Positions 1 through 13,778 of a stretch of DNA of 64,000 nt are shown here, piece after piece. The notes beneath the pieces are model-generated. The model was given only the letters and a program-made list of their open reading frames with translations. It had not been told where the DNA came from and made no database searches. Both the position numbers and the translations under genes were made by a program. The stretch is taken from positions 124,001-188,000 of the forward strand of contig NIVC01000018.1 in NCBI GenBank assembly GCA_002269645.1, written 5' to 3'. This stretch comes from Macrostomum lignano (Eukaryota). Each line of letters begins with the position of its first letter. The stretch's first letter is position 1.

Positions 1-117
1 GCAGATAAGCAGATACAGATACAGGCAAGGGCTAAAGATACATGTATGAGTAGATAACGCAGTCCAATGGGAGAGAGATATCGAATTATTCAGTCTTCAC
101 AAAGTGTTGGAAATCCT

Positions 118-447
118 GTGTGAAGATTTGGGTTTGTGAAGATTAGGGCTTGTGAAGATTATTGTTTATGAAGATTAGGGTTTGTGAAGATTAGGGCTTG
201 TGAAGATTATTTTTTATGAAGATTAGGGCTTGTGAAGATTTGGGTTTGTGAAGATTTGGATTTGTGAAGATTTGGGTTTATGAAGATTATACGGTTTGTT
301 AAGATTATTGCTTGTAAAGATTAGGGCTTGTGAAGATTAGGGCTTGTGAAGATTAGGGCTTGTGAAGATTAGGGCTTGTGAAGATTAGGGCTTGTGAAGA
401 TTAGGGCTTGTGAAGATTAGGGCTTGTGAAGATTAGGGCTTGTGAAG
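118..447. repeat. 16-bp minisatellite (TGTGAAGATTAGGGCT)n
   Basis: Tandem unit read directly; 5' half degenerate, 3' half near-perfect; each unit contains TTAGGG. Confidence 0.95.
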
Positions 448-886
448 GTTGGGGTTGGTGAAAGAGGATGTATCGCCAGTATTCTTATTGCAAGATCTTC
501 TTCTTTCTTCTTCCTGAAAAAGCTGTAATTATCAATGCTGACCGCCAGTTGGCCGGAGACGACCTGCAAGGTTTTGGGTAGGGGCCGAGAATAGAAAATG
601 AGATGAAGCGCGGATGAATAGGGATGGGGGGAGTTGGAGGCTGGAACCGAGATCTCCGCAGGTCGATGCTGACGGAGCTGGAGAGGCTGAGGGAGGCAGT
701 CACTTCCGCATCAGTTTTTGCAAGTATGAGAGGACTTTAAAAGCTTGACTGAACGGCGAGATGGAGAAAAGAAGAGAGAAGAGAAATCACAGGCAACTTG
801 AAAAAATTGTCTAAGTGTGCGCTGCCTTGCATGCTGTAGTGATCAGCAATATCCGTTCTTTGTAAACTTGCTTAACTGTTGGCTGC

Positions 887-2482
887 ACTCCAGTGAGACA
901 GTGAGGTAAACTCTGGGATACTCCAGTGAGACAGTGAGATAAACTCTGGGATACTCCAGTGAGACAGTGAGATAAACTCTGGGATACTCCAGTGAGACAG
1001 TGAGATAAACTCTGGGATACTCCAGTGAGACAGTGAGATAAACACTGGGATACTCAAGACAGAACTGAGACAGTGAGATAAACTCTGGGATACTCCAGTG
1101 AGACAGTGAAGTAAACTCTGGGATACTCCAGTGAGACAGTGAGGTAAAAACTGGGATACTCCAGTGAGACAGTGAGATTAACACTGGGATACTCCAGTGA
1201 GACAGTGAGATTAACACTGGGATACTCCAGTGAGACAGTGGGATAAACACTGGGATACTCCAGTGAGACAGTGAGATTAACACTGGGATACTCCAGTGAG
1301 ACAGTGGGATAAACACTGGGATACTCCAGTGAGACAGTGAGATTAACACTGGGATACTCCAGTGAGACAGTGGGATAACACACTGGGATAAACACTGGAT
1401 ACTCCAGTGAGACAGTGAGATAAACGCTGGGATACTCCAGACAGAACTGAGACAGTGAGATAAACGCTGGGATACTCCAGACAGAACTGAGACAGTGAGA
1501 TAAACGCTGGGATACTCCAGACAGAACTGAGACAGTGAGATAAACGCTGGGATACTCCAGACAGAACTGAGACAGTGAGATAAACGCTGGGATACTCCAG
1601 ACAGAACTGAGACAGTGAGATAAACGCTGGGATACTCCAGACAGAACTGAGACAGTGAGATAAACGCTGGGATACTCCAGACAGAACTGAGACAGTGAGA
1701 TAAACGCTGGGATACTCCAGACAGAACTGAGACAGTGAGATAAACACTGGGATACTCCAGTGAGACAGTGAGATAAACGCTGGGATACTCCAGACAGAAC
1801 TGAGACAGTGAGATAAACGCTGGGATACTCCAGACAGAACTGAGACAGTGAGATAAATGCTGGGATACTCCAGACAGAACTGAGACAGTGAGATAAACGC
1901 TGGGATACTCCAGACAGAACTGAGACAGTGAGATAAACGCTGGGATACTCCAGACAGAACTGAGACAGTGAGATAAACGCTGGGATACTCCAGACAGAAC
2001 TGAGACAGTGAGATAAACACTGGGATACTCCAGTGAGACAGTGAGATAAACGCTGGGATACTCCAGACAGAACTGAGACAGTGAGATAAACGCTGGGATA
2101 CTCCAGACAGAACTGAGACAGTGAGATAAATGCTGGGATACTCCAGACAGAACTGAGACAGTGAGATAAACGCTGGGATACTCCAGACAGAACTGAGACA
2201 GTGAGATAAACGCTGGGATACTCCAGACAGAACTGAGACAGTGAGATAAACGCTGGGATACTCCAGACAGAACTGAGACAGTGAGATAAACGCTGGGATA
2301 CTCCAGACAGAACTGAGACAGTGAGATAAATGCTGGGATACTCCAGACAGAACTGAGACAGTGAGATAAACGCTGGGATACTCCAGACAGAACTGAGACA
2401 GTGAGATAAACGCTGGGATACTCCAGACAGAACTGAGACAGTGAGATAAACACTGGGATACTCCAGACAGAACTGAGACACC
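887..2482. repeat. Compound minisatellite, 33-bp and 40-bp units (GAGACAGTGAGATAAACGCTGGGATACTCCAGACAGAACT)
   Basis: 33-bp variant lacking ACAGAAC at 887-1430, 40-bp variant at 1430-2482; explains the repetitive ORFs 843-2610. Confidence 0.95.
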
Positions 2483-3221
2483 GAACAAACTCTGGCAGAA
2501 AAGCCCCAGGATTTCTGCTGCCATGAAAAGAGGACAAGAAGATGACGAAGGGCGAGAGTCAGTTTGAGGATGAGTGGCACTGTGAGGGGGTAGAGAGATG
2601 CAGCAGCCAAGAAGTAATTAAAGTTGCTGGCCGAGGTTAAGAGATCGTCCTAATGGCACACGAGGGACAGTGAGGGTTTGTGGGATTTTCCCTTGGCCTG
2701 TGGGAGGATTGAGAAGGGATAAATGCGGGTCAGTCAGGCTGAGGAGCAGAGCAAAGAAGGCTGGCCCCGGCAGAACAGACTAAGACTAGACTTTATTATA
2801 ATATACTCGTACTTGAGCCGTGCCTCGGCTAATCAGGTGAATAGGCTTCAGGGGAAAGTCAGATTAGATGGGGACCTAAGCTTGAGGGGATTATTAGCCT
2901 GAAAAGAGGCACCGGGTGGCGTTCCAGGGGCAGACTGGGGTGACAGCAAATTTCGATTTTTGTATTCCTTCGCATTTTCATTCTTTTTTTGAATTGCTTC
3001 TTGACAAATAAGAGCTACCTGTGGCTTCTGCTTTATCTGGGGCAGATGCTGCGGGAGAGGCTTAGCAATCAGAGATGGAGGAGCCTTGCAGGGAGTGCTT
3101 TGACCGAAGATCAAGTACTTTATGTTTGGGGAAAGCTTTATTTGCTAACAATCCACCTTTGCTGCCGCCCAGTTGGAGCTGCGACTGGCCTGTAAAATAT
3201 TTCATGAAAGCAGAGTTTCTG

Positions 3222-4095
3222 CGTCTGATTCAGGTGGAGTCCGATGGGTGTCCGTGTCTGATTCAGATTCAGTCCGATGGGTGTCCGTGTCTGATTCAGG
3301 TGGAGTCCGATGGGTGTCCGTGTCTGATTCAGGTGGAGTCCGATGGGTGTCCGTGTCTGATTCAGGTGGAGTCAGGTGGGTGTCCGTGTCTGATTCAGGT
3401 GGAGTCCGATGGGTGTCCGTGTCTGATTCAGGTGGAGTCCGATGGGTGTCCGTGTCTGATTCAGGTGGAGTCCGATGGGTGTCCGTGTCTGATTCAGGTG
3501 GAGTCCGATGGGTGTCCGTGTCTGATTCAGATTCAGTCCGATGGGTGTCCGTGTCTGATTCAGATTCAGTCCGATGGGTGTCCGTGTCTGATTCAGGTGG
3601 AGTCCGATGGGTGTCCGTGTCTGATTCAGGTGGAGTCCGATGGGTGTCCGTGTCTGATTCAGGTGGAGTCCGATGGGTGTCCGTGTCTGATTCAGGTGGA
3701 GTCCGATGGGTGTCCGTGTCTGATTCAGGTGGAGTCCGATGGGTGTCCGTGTCTGATTCAGGTGGAGTCAGGTGGGTGTCCGTGTCTGATTCAGGTGGAG
3801 TCCGATGGGTGTCCGTGTCTGATTCAGGTGGAGTCCGATGGGTGTCCGTGTCTGATTCAGGTGGAGTCAGGTGGGTGTCCGTGTCTGATTCAGGTGGAGT
3901 CCGATGGGTGTCCGTGTCTGATTCAGGTGGAGTCCGATGGGTGTCCGTGTCTGATTCAGGTGGAGTCAGGTGGGTGTCCGTGTCTGATTCAGGTGGAGTC
4001 AGATGGGTGTCCGTGTCTGATTCAGGTGGAGTCAGGTGGGTGTCCGTGTCTGATTCAGATTCAGTCCGATGGGTGTCCGTGTCTGATTCAGATCC
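3222..4095. repeat. 33-bp minisatellite (CTGATTCAGGTGGAGTCCGATGGGTGTCCGTGT)n
   Basis: About 26 near-identical units; gives an 11-aa periodic ORF in more than one frame. Confidence 0.95.
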
Positions 4096-4494
4096 AATTC
4101 ACAGGATTACTAGCAGAGAGCTAATTTAAAGGATGCTAAGGTTCCTCTCAGGCTTAGCAGCAATAAAGTTGATGATGATTTTGAGTATTTTTGCCGAGAG
4201 CGTGCCGAAGCCGGGGCTCCCGGAGAAGCTGCCTTCCTCAGCCCGATCCATGCCGCAATGCCAAAGTGAATTTTCGCTGATTAGCGGAACTTGAGGGGAG
4301 GGGATTCGAAGATCCGGCTGGCGTCTTGGAGTGCACCGGTTTGAGGTTGGGCTTAATTAATGAAGCTGAGATGATGGCAGCTGGCCTGCATCTCCTCACG
4401 AACGGGCCGGGTCGGAGAAAGTCAACAGGCTTGTTTTGAGGGTGAGAGGTCTCGCTATTGGCATCAGAGTTGGATAGTTAGAGTTTTCGGTTAG

Positions 4495-5095
4495 TTTAGG
4501 ATTAGAGGATTAGATATCTAGATAATTAGATGATAGAGAATCGGCTGATTAGAGAATTTGATGATTAGATGGACGATTAGAGGATTGGATGATTAAGTGA
4601 TTAGATTATTATAGAATTGGATGATTAGAGGATTAGATAATTAGAGAATCGGAGAATTAGAGGATTAGATAATTAGAGGATTCGAGGATTCGAGGATTAG
4701 ATAATTAGAGGATTGGATGATTAGAGGATTAGATAATTAGAGAATCGGAGAATGAGAGGATTAGATAATTAGAGGATTATTCGAGGATTCGAGGATTAGA
4801 TAATTAGAGGATTGTATGATTAGAGGATTAGATAATTAGAGAATCGGAGAATTAGAGGATTAGATAATTAGAGGATTCGAGGATTCGAGGATTAGATAAT
4901 TAGAGGATTGGATGATTGGAGAATTAGATAATTAGAGAATTAGATGGATGATTAGAGGATTGGATGATAAGAGGATTAGAGGATTAGATAATTACAGAAT
5001 TGAATGATTAAAGGATTAGCTAAATAGAGAATTGATTTATTAGATGATTAGAGACTTAGAGACTTGGATGATTAAACGATTATATAATTAGAGGA
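4495..5095. repeat. Degenerate GATTAGA/GGATT-rich tandem repeat
   Basis: Recurrent GATTAGAGGATT and TAATTAGAGAAT blocks. Confidence 0.85.
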
Positions 5096-6619
5096 TCCGA
5101 TTGTAAAAGAATCAGATGATCAAAGATGTGCTGAGCAGGCTATTACAATATTGCCGAGACTGTAGCAGCCCTACTCGGAGCAGATGAGTCGCAGCAATCT
5201 CTCCCTCCCTGCTTCATCACTGCCGGCTCAGAATAGTGCAGCAGTCTGGCCGTTAATCGGGTTAGGGGCTTGCTCAGCACACACAGACTGACACTGAGAG
5301 AGATAGATGAGCCCCACCCCCCCCCCTAGCACTGAGCACACTTGGAATAAATAACGTAGGGAATGATGCAGAATAGGGAGCTGGCCTGAAGCATTTGTGT
5401 GTATGTATGTCGCCCTCAGCCTCCCCTGCCTCGGCCGACCCTCCCCCCCCCCCTGTGCCCGCGCGGTTCGCCGGCATAATGAAAGGCGCTGTTGCCCCAT
5501 AAAGCAGTTCTGATGAATCGATAGATAAGCCTCATGGGGCTCTGCTCAGCTGGACGAGCCTCCGGGACAAAAAAACAACAGTCTCTCACTTCACACTTTT
5601 TGCCCGCTCATCTTATTAGCTAGGATATCGCCGTCCCGGTAATGATGATGATGACTGATGATGATGAAGGAGGCTGGACAGTCCGACTCGATTATTTTCT
5701 ATCCCCAGTGCTATAGCAGCAAGAAGCGCCCCCCCCCAGGGGGTATGCAGACGGAAATTGGGTTTTGCTTGGCTAAATGCTCGTGTTCTCTCGGACTGGC
5801 CCAGCTTTTCAGGAAGAAATACGACAGACACACACATTAGGGGCTGGCTGTCAGTCAGGCTGTCTCTGCCACTGAGCTGAGGAGGAAAGTGTGCCAAAGG
5901 TACAGCCGAAAGACTGCATGCAGCCTAACATCCCACCCCCTCACCCCAGCTTTTTTCTGAGTTCGGTTGGAGAGTCGGACGGACAGCTGGAGCTCAGATG
6001 AAGGATGGCTGGGAGGTAGGGAGAGAGGGAAGACTTGAGAATTTGTTAAAAGCGATGCCGAACTGGAGGCTGGGGGAGGATGGAGGGGTGTGCAGAGCAT
6101 ACAGACAGACTTGAGCTCAAAAGCTCAAAACCCTTAGCGCCGTTATAATCCGGCACTGATATGCCCTCCTATCGGCCAATCCCAGTTGCCGAAAACTGAA
6201 ATCCCCTTTCTTCATTCCTTTCTTCAGTTCCCTGTGCTTACATTTTTTCACCCGCTGCAGGCTGCCCCAGCCTAAGCCATTAATCCGGCGGGCCTGCCCA
6301 TTAAGCCTGCCAAAGCCCCCTGCTGGCCATATAATATAGTTCGAAATGGTCGTCTCGCCTCTCTGTGTTTATACTTTCTTCATCATTTTAGTTGCTAAGC
6401 ATTAAAAATCACTATCTTTTGGGGTTGGGTTATGAATTCTGAGAATCGTCCGTCGGAACCCCAGCCGATAGAAAAGTACTCTCAAAGAAGCAGTAAATAA
6501 GACCAGCGTATGAAATATTGCTCATCAGAATTTTTTGTTTGATTCCAAATTCCCTAGAGATTCGGAAATATCTTTTTCGAAAAATATCTGCCATTCTCTA
6601 AGCATGCATGTACAGGACA

Positions 6620-7720
6620 CCTATGGCGTATCTTTATGGCTTATCTATGGCGTGTCTTTATGGCTTATCTATGGCGTGTCTTTATGGCTTATCTATGGCG
6701 TGTCTTTATGGCTTATCTATGGCGTGTCTTTATGGCTTATCTATGGCGTGTCTTTATGGCTTATCTATGGCGTGTCTTTATGGCTTATCTATGGCGTGTC
6801 TTTATGGCTTATCTATGGCGTGTCTTCATGGCTTATCTATGGCGTGTCTTTATGGCTTATCTATGGCGTGTCTTTATGGCTTATCTATTGCGTGTCTTCA
6901 TGGCTTATCTATGGCGTGTCTTTATGACTTATCTATGGCGTGTCTTTATGGCTTATCTATGGCGTGTCTTTATGGCTTATCTATGGCGTGTCTTCATGGC
7001 TTATCTATGGGTTGTTTTTATTGCTTATCTATTGCGTGTCTTTATGACTTATCTATGGCGTGTCTTTATGGCTTATCTATGGCGTGTCTTAATAGCTTAT
7101 CTATTGCGTGTCTTTATGGCTTATCTATGGCGTGTCTTTATGACTTATCTATGGCGTGTCTTTATGGCTTATCTATGGCGTGTCTTAATAGCTTATCTAT
7201 TGCGTGTCTTTATGGCTTATCTATTGCGTGTCTTAATAGCTTATCTATGGCGTGTCTTTATAGCTTATCTATGGCGTGTCTTAATAGCTTATCTATTGCG
7301 TGTCTTAATGGCTTATCAATGGCGTGTCTTTATGGCTTATCTATGGCGTGTCTTTATGGCTTATCTATGGCGTGTCTTTATGGCTTATCTATGGCGTGTC
7401 TTTATGGCTTATCTATGGCGTGTCTTTATGGCTTATCTATGGCGTGTCTTTATGGCTTATCTATGGCGTGTCTTTATGGCTTATCTATGGCGTGTCTTTA
7501 TGGCTTATCTATGGCGTGTCTTTATGGCTTATCTATGGCGTGTCTTTATGGCTTATCTATGGCGTGTCTTTATGGCTTATCTATGGCGTGTCTTTATGGC
7601 TTATCTATTGCGTGTCTTCATGGCTTATCTATGGGTTGTCTTTATGGCTTATCTATGGGTTGTCCTTATCGATTATGTATGGGGTGTCTTTATCGGTTAT
7701 CTATGGATGTCTTTATGGCG
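6620..7720. repeat. 24-bp minisatellite (GGCTTATCTATGGCGTGTCTTTAT)n
   Basis: About 45 units; 8-aa periodic ORFs in all three plus frames. Confidence 0.95.
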
Positions 7721-7894
7721 TGTCTTTATGGCGTGGATTAACTATGAGGTGTCTATAAGGGAAATATGGGTGTCTTACGGGGTATCTAGAAACTATTTCT
7801 AGAGACTAGAATCTAGTTGTCTATCTAATATCTCTATTTAATATCTATGGAGATAAGGACTACTTAAAGCTAGAGGCTAGATCTAGAGACTAAG

Positions 7895-8155
7895 TATCTA
7901 TAGACTGTCTGTAGGTTGTCTACTAGAGACTGTCTATGGGGTTATCAAGAGACTGTCTATGGGGTTATCTAGAGACTGTCTATGGAGTTCTATGGGGTTA
8001 TCTAGAGACTGTCTATGGAGTTCTATGGGGTTATCTAGAGACTGTCTATGGAGTTCTATGGGGTTATCTAGAGACTGTCTATGGGTTGTCTAGAAACTGT
8101 CTTTGGGGTTATCTGGAGACTGTCTATGGGGTTATCTAGAAACTGTCTATGGAGT
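7895..8155. repeat. 23/35-bp tandem repeat (AGAGACTGTCTATGGGGTTATCT)
   Basis: Tandem copies with optional CTATGGAGTT insert. Confidence 0.85.
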
Positions 8156-8604
8156 CCCTCTGTAATGTGTGAATGTAAATCCCTCTGTAAATGTAAAGCA
8201 CTCGGTGATTCACGCTCAGTAGAACAAGCTGGTCACGCGGCCTGATTACTTGTGCAGGGAGTTGTGCCGCGGCAAAAATCCCTGTGGGAAATCATGCCCC
8301 TCGCATTTCCGTGTTTCTTTCGCACGCAAAGAAAAATAGGCCTTCTCGCTTCCCCCCACTCCGCGTGTCCCGCGCCTCTGTCTCCTCGATTTGAGCATAA
8401 TTTCTTACAAAGCTGCGCCCTCCCCTGGGGAGCATGACGGGCAACAAGTGTGTAGCAGACTACAGCGGATGTCGAGCAGACGCTGCGACACGGGCTGGAG
8501 GGAGGGGCGGTATTTCCGTGACAGATCCAGAATTTTAATGGAAATTTTTAATTTATGACTTGCGAGAGGGGCTTGACAACAGAGCTAGGTGAATACTAAG
8601 ATTG

Positions 8605-9312
8605 TGGACCATATAGGGTAACTTGGGACCATATAAGGTGATTGGGGACCATGTAGTGTAACTTGGGACCATATGGGGTCATTGGGGACCATATGGGGTC
8701 ATTGGGGACCATGTAGGGTCAATGGAGACTAAGTATGGTCGTTGGGGATATTGTAGGGTTATTGGAGACGATATGACCGTGACCAGAGACCAATGACCGT
8801 GACCGGGGACCATATGACCGTGACCGGGGACCATATGACCGTGACTGGGGACCATATGACCGTGTCCAGGGACCATATGACCGTGACTGTGGGTCATATG
8901 ACCGTGACCAGGGACCATATGAGCGTGACCAGAGACCAATGACCGTGACCAGGGACCATATGAGCGTGACCAGAGACCAATGACCGTGACTGGGGACCAT
9001 ATGACCGTGACTGGGGACCATATGACCGTGACCGGGGACCATATGACCGGGGACCATATGACCGGGGACCATATGACCGGGGACCATATGACCGGGGACC
9101 ATATGACCGGGGACCATATGACCGGGGACCATATGACCGTGACCGGGGACCATATGACCGCGACCGGGGACCATATGACCGCGACCGGGAACCATATGAC
9201 CGTGACCGGGGACCATATGACCATGACCGGGGACCATATGACCGTGACCGGGGACCATATGACCGTGACTGGGGACCATATGACCGTGACCGGGGACCAT
9301 ATGACCGTGACC
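8605..9312. repeat. 21/15-bp minisatellite (GACCGTGACCGGGGACCATAT)n with degenerate GGGACCATA lead-in
   Basis: Direct reading; 7-aa and 5-aa periodic ORFs on both strands. Confidence 0.9.
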
Positions 9313-10879
9313 GGGTATTATAAATCGATGGAGGCATCACAGAACTGCATTTCACAAAACCCATAGCGCAATAAAATAAATGACTCTAAGGAATTTTCAT
9401 ATGTACAATAAAAAGATTTCCAAATTTGAACACAGCGGACGCAACAGCAGCAGCAGCAGCAGAAGACACTGCCTGACTGTTTGACATTTACGTGATTTAT
9501 AACGGGGGTTCAGTAAGCATTGGCGTCGCTGGATGCGGTTTTATGGCCGGGCGGCAAAGCGATATTTATGCTGCATCTCAGAGGCAGTGCACAGATGAAG
9601 CGACCCGCCCGGATTCAGGTATTATGACTGCCGCCAATCTGCAGAATTCAACAGGGGGGGGGGGGGAGCGGCATCCATTCTGTGCAGCTGAGAGAGAGAG
9701 AGAGGGGATTTTTCCCATCAGGCGCGGGTCCGGATCTGCCGCAGCAGGGGGGGGGAGGGGGTCGGCAGCCCGTGAGGAAATGCGGGAGTGGAGCTTCTGG
9801 GATTTTCAGCCTCCCCTACAGTAGGGTAAGGTAATGGGAGGAGCGGAAGGTTTCAAATCCCAAAATGGGAGAATTTAGGTTTTTCACTGAAAACTGGGCT
9901 GGCTATTTTACCCTTGACGGCACGTGCTTGAATTCCCGGCCAGGTTACTGGTAATTAAGGCCACAGTTTTCAGCCGCGCTTAAGATGGGAGTTGCGCAGA
10001 ATTCCTAAGCTGGGATTTGTTGTGTAAAATGTAAATGATTGACACTGCAGCAGCAGACAAAAACAGACTTGAATCAGAACTAGAACTTAGTCGACTGCCG
10101 ATATGTATCGTTAACAACTTTATCATCAAGGATATTGTTCTTAAAATATTTCATGCACTTATATGAGTAGCTATCTATATCTGTGTAAATGCCGATATGT
10201 ATCGAAAATAACTTTATAAAGCATATTAATAACTAAGATTTTTCTCGGACCTAAATCTATAGTTGTGCCAAATGCCGATATGTATCGTAATCTACATTAT
10301 GAAGCATATTTTTATATACAACAAATGCTGAATACTACTGGACTCTCACATGCGCCCTCACGCGATCATAACTTGAAAGAGATAATCCCCTCCCCTCAGA
10401 TGAATGCACCAGACGGAGGAAGGATTTAGGGACATCGCAGAATCTCCGCAAGCCATTCAATTACAGGGATGAGCGGCGATGCAGAGAGAGCAGGGGGCGG
10501 AGCAGCTAGCGGTGCCTTCAATAGCCCGCCGGGCTGGGGGGGCACAGATAATTGAGGGGAAACGCGAAACCTGCGAGCTGGTGGGGAGGGCGGCCTCCTA
10601 CGGAGGGAGGGGAAGCCTCCCAGAGCTGCCGGCCCTCTTCGAGTCGCTTGGCCGACTCCGATGGGATTTGCGGGCCACAATGGGACATGAGACTCGGGCC
10701 GGGGGGGGAGGGGCGCAGGCCGAGGCTTGCGCAGTCAGGAAGCGCCGCAAATGAAACAGTCTGGACGGGGCAGTGCGAAATGAATGGCTGAATGCATTGG
10801 GAATTTGTGTGGAGCTCGGCTGCAGCTGCGGAGGGGGTAAAGGGAAGGGGACTTAGAAAAGGTGAGAGGGAGACTCAGA

Positions 10880-11450
10880 GAGGAAGACTCAGAGTGACTT
10901 TTTTGAACGACTCAGAGAGCGACTCAGAGAGCGACTCAGAGAGCGACTCAGAGAGCGACTCAGAGAGTGACTCAGAGAGCGACTCAGAGAGCGACTCAGA
11001 GAGTGACTCAGAGAGCGACTCAGAGAGACTCAGAGAGCGACTCAGAGAGTGACTCAGAGAGTGACTCAGAGAGTGACTCAGAGAGTGACTCAGAGAGTGA
11101 CTCAGAGAGTGACTCAGAGAGTGACTCAGAGAGCGACTCAGAGAGCGACTCAGAGAGCGACTCAGAGAGTGACTCAGAGAGCGACTCAGAGAGTGACTCA
11201 GAGAGCGACTCAGAGAGCGACTCAGAGACTCAGAGAGCGACTCAGAGAGCGACTCAGAGAGACTCAGAGAGCGACTCAGAGAGCGACTCAGAGAGACTCA
11301 GAGAGCGACTCAGAGAGACTCAGAGAGCGACTCAGAGAGCGACTCAGAGAGCGACTCAGAGCGACTCAGAGAGCGACTCAGAGAGATCCAGTGAGAGACT
11401 CAGAGAGAGAGAGACTCAGAAAAAGACTCAGGGAGAGACTCAGAGAGACT
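10880..11450. repeat. 12-bp minisatellite (GACTCAGAGAGC)n
   Basis: Direct reading; source of the SD-repeat ORFs. Confidence 0.95.
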
Positions 11451-12276
11451 CAGAGAAAGGCAGGCAGACAAAGGAGACTCATGCGCGAAAAGAGAATACG
11501 CGAGACGTAGTCTTCAGCGAATAGGAAACTGTAGCTCGTACGGGGGTTACAGCGAGACTGAAAGTCTAAAAAGGGAAGGAGACACACGCGCTGTCCCAGC
11601 ATAAAGGCGAGTGAGCTATCGCAGAAAAATTAATAATTTCTACGCACTGGCCAGCAAGGGCCAAATGAGTGCATATGCTGGACGAGTAAAAGAAGAAGAT
11701 ATTTCAAAGCAAACGAGACAGAGCTGCCTTCTTCTGCTGGCTTCCTCTGAAAAGAAGAAGACGACGGGAAGACCGCAATTAAATTTTGTGCCGGAGAAGA
11801 GAGATGGGGCAAGGCATGACAAGCTGGTGGGAGGCTGGGCTCCCCATCTGCCACCCCCATCTCCTAGGGATAAGCGCTGTTCGTCTCACACTCGTCTGCT
11901 CTCAGCAGACAGGCAGGCAGACTGAAGTTTGTCGAAAAAAAGAAGCTGCAACGGGGACGGAATGCTCAGCAAGTGGCAAGATGCAGCCAAATCGGGTCAA
12001 GAGCACGCCAGCTCTTGGAGAACTCGAATATTCTTCAGCTCTCAGTGCAGCGGCTACATAGAATTGATGGACTTATTAAGGCTAAGAAAGCATAAAAACT
12101 GATCTGCAGAGGTCAATCATCGTAGTTGACTCATTCATGATTGATAGCTCGTATGCCTGGATCTCCCGGCTCTCTCCCAGGCTCCTTCTAATCTCTCTCC
12201 CAGTCTCCCTCTACTCTCTCTCCCAGTCTCCTAATTTCTCTTCCAGTGTCCTAATCTCACACAGTCTCCTTCTACT

Positions 12277-12376
<100 letters not shown>

Positions 12377-13279
12377 AGTCTCCTAATCTCTCCCCCAGTC
12401 TCCTTCTAATCTCTCCCAGTGTCCCTCTAATCTCTCTCCCAGTTACCGTCAGTCTCCGCCCTCAATCTCTCTTAATCTCCCCAGTCTACCCTGATTTCTC
12501 TCGCCATCTCAGCCTCATCATACAGAATCCTGAGCTGATAAGCTTTAAAGTACATCTCAGACTGCCCAGCGAACCGTCAAAGCATGCCAGAGGTTGAAGC
12601 GGAAGCACTCGGTTTGCTAACGCTTGTGCATTACGAGCGTAGTGTGTTGAAGCCAGCCCTGAAACGACCGCTCGCACCCGGAAGCAGCAGGCCATCCAGC
12701 AGCAGCAGGAGCAGCAGCGATCACCACCAACCATTTCGAGCGAGTGGAATTCGACTAAAACAGCTTCCGGAGCAGCGGCCGAAGCGCTGTCAGCCTCCCC
12801 TCTCTACATCTAGCTTTATTCTATGTGTAGAATATTAACTCCTAGAAAGTTGCACTTTGCGGAGCCATTGCGCTCGCTATAGCTTTCACCCCAACCCATC
12901 ATCGATTTGGCGGAGGGCCGAGACGCTATAAAATAGGGCAATAATTCAGTGAAAAAAAACGAAAAAAGCACACGCCAGGCCGGACAAAACCAGGACTTTT
13001 TAAGCCGTTCTTCATCGCCCTTAGTCGAGTTGCTGGGAGATGGGGAAAAATCCCACTCCAACTGCAGGGGATTCTCAAGCCTTCCCACCCTCTCTCTCCC
13101 CTTCTTACCGCCCAGCTCACCGCGTACAAGGAGGCCTGCAACTGCACATCTGGAAATGGCTGTTTCTGTTCACTGACGTCTCACTTTTTGTCCGAGGCTA
13201 TTAAAATTAAAGACTTAGCAAAGCCGAGAAGTCTCCCATCTTCTAGCCCTGACAACTGCTTCAACTCTCAAAATCTGCT

Positions 13280-13778
13280 TCTATCTCCCCAGACTCCCCC
13301 AGTCTCCCTCAATCTCTCCCCCACAGTCTCCCTCAATCTCTCCCCCACAGTCTCCCCAATCTCTCCACACAGTCTCCCCAATCTCTCCCCACAGTCTCCC
13401 CAATCTCTCCCCACAGTCTCCCCCAATCTCTCCCCACAGTCTCCCCAATCTCTCCCCACAGTCTCCCCAATCTCTCCCCACAGTCTCCCCCAATCTCTCC
13501 CCACAGTCTCCCTCAATCTCTCCCCACAGTCTTCCCCAATCTCTCCCCACAGTCCCCCAATCTCTCCCACAGTCTCCCCAATCTCTCCCCACAGTCTCCC
13601 TAATCTCTCCCCACAGTCTCCCTAATCTCTCCCCACAGTCTCCCCAATCTCTCCCCACAGTCTCCCTAATCTCTCCCCACAGTCTCCCTAATCTCTCCCC
13701 ACAGTCTCCCCAATCTCTCCCACAGTCTCCCCAATCTCTCCCACAGTCTCCCCAATCTCTCCCCACAGTCTCCCTCAA
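13280..13778. repeat. ~22-bp C-rich minisatellite (CCCCACAGTCTCCCCAATCTCT)n
   Basis: Direct reading; G-run-rich on the minus strand. Confidence 0.95.

Noticed and set aside
843-2610. Three overlapping 400-560-aa minus-strand ORFs
   Set aside because: They are translations of a 33/40-bp minisatellite, open in all three frames; not evidence of coding.
3075-4129. Cys-rich LIQVESDGCPC repeat protein
   Set aside because: 33-bp tandem repeat open in multiple frames with near-zero synonymous variation.
6535-7802. Hydrophobic repeat ORFs (YGLSMACL etc.)
   Set aside because: 24-bp minisatellite, all three frames open.
10096-10287. CRISPR-like repeat-spacer look
   Set aside because: Only three 15-bp repeats, spacers are related to each other, eukaryotic context, no cas genes.
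10792-11524. SD-repeat (Sdr/MSCRAMM- or DSPP-like) protein
   Set aside because: 12-bp minisatellite; no signal peptide, domain or anchor motif in the flanks.
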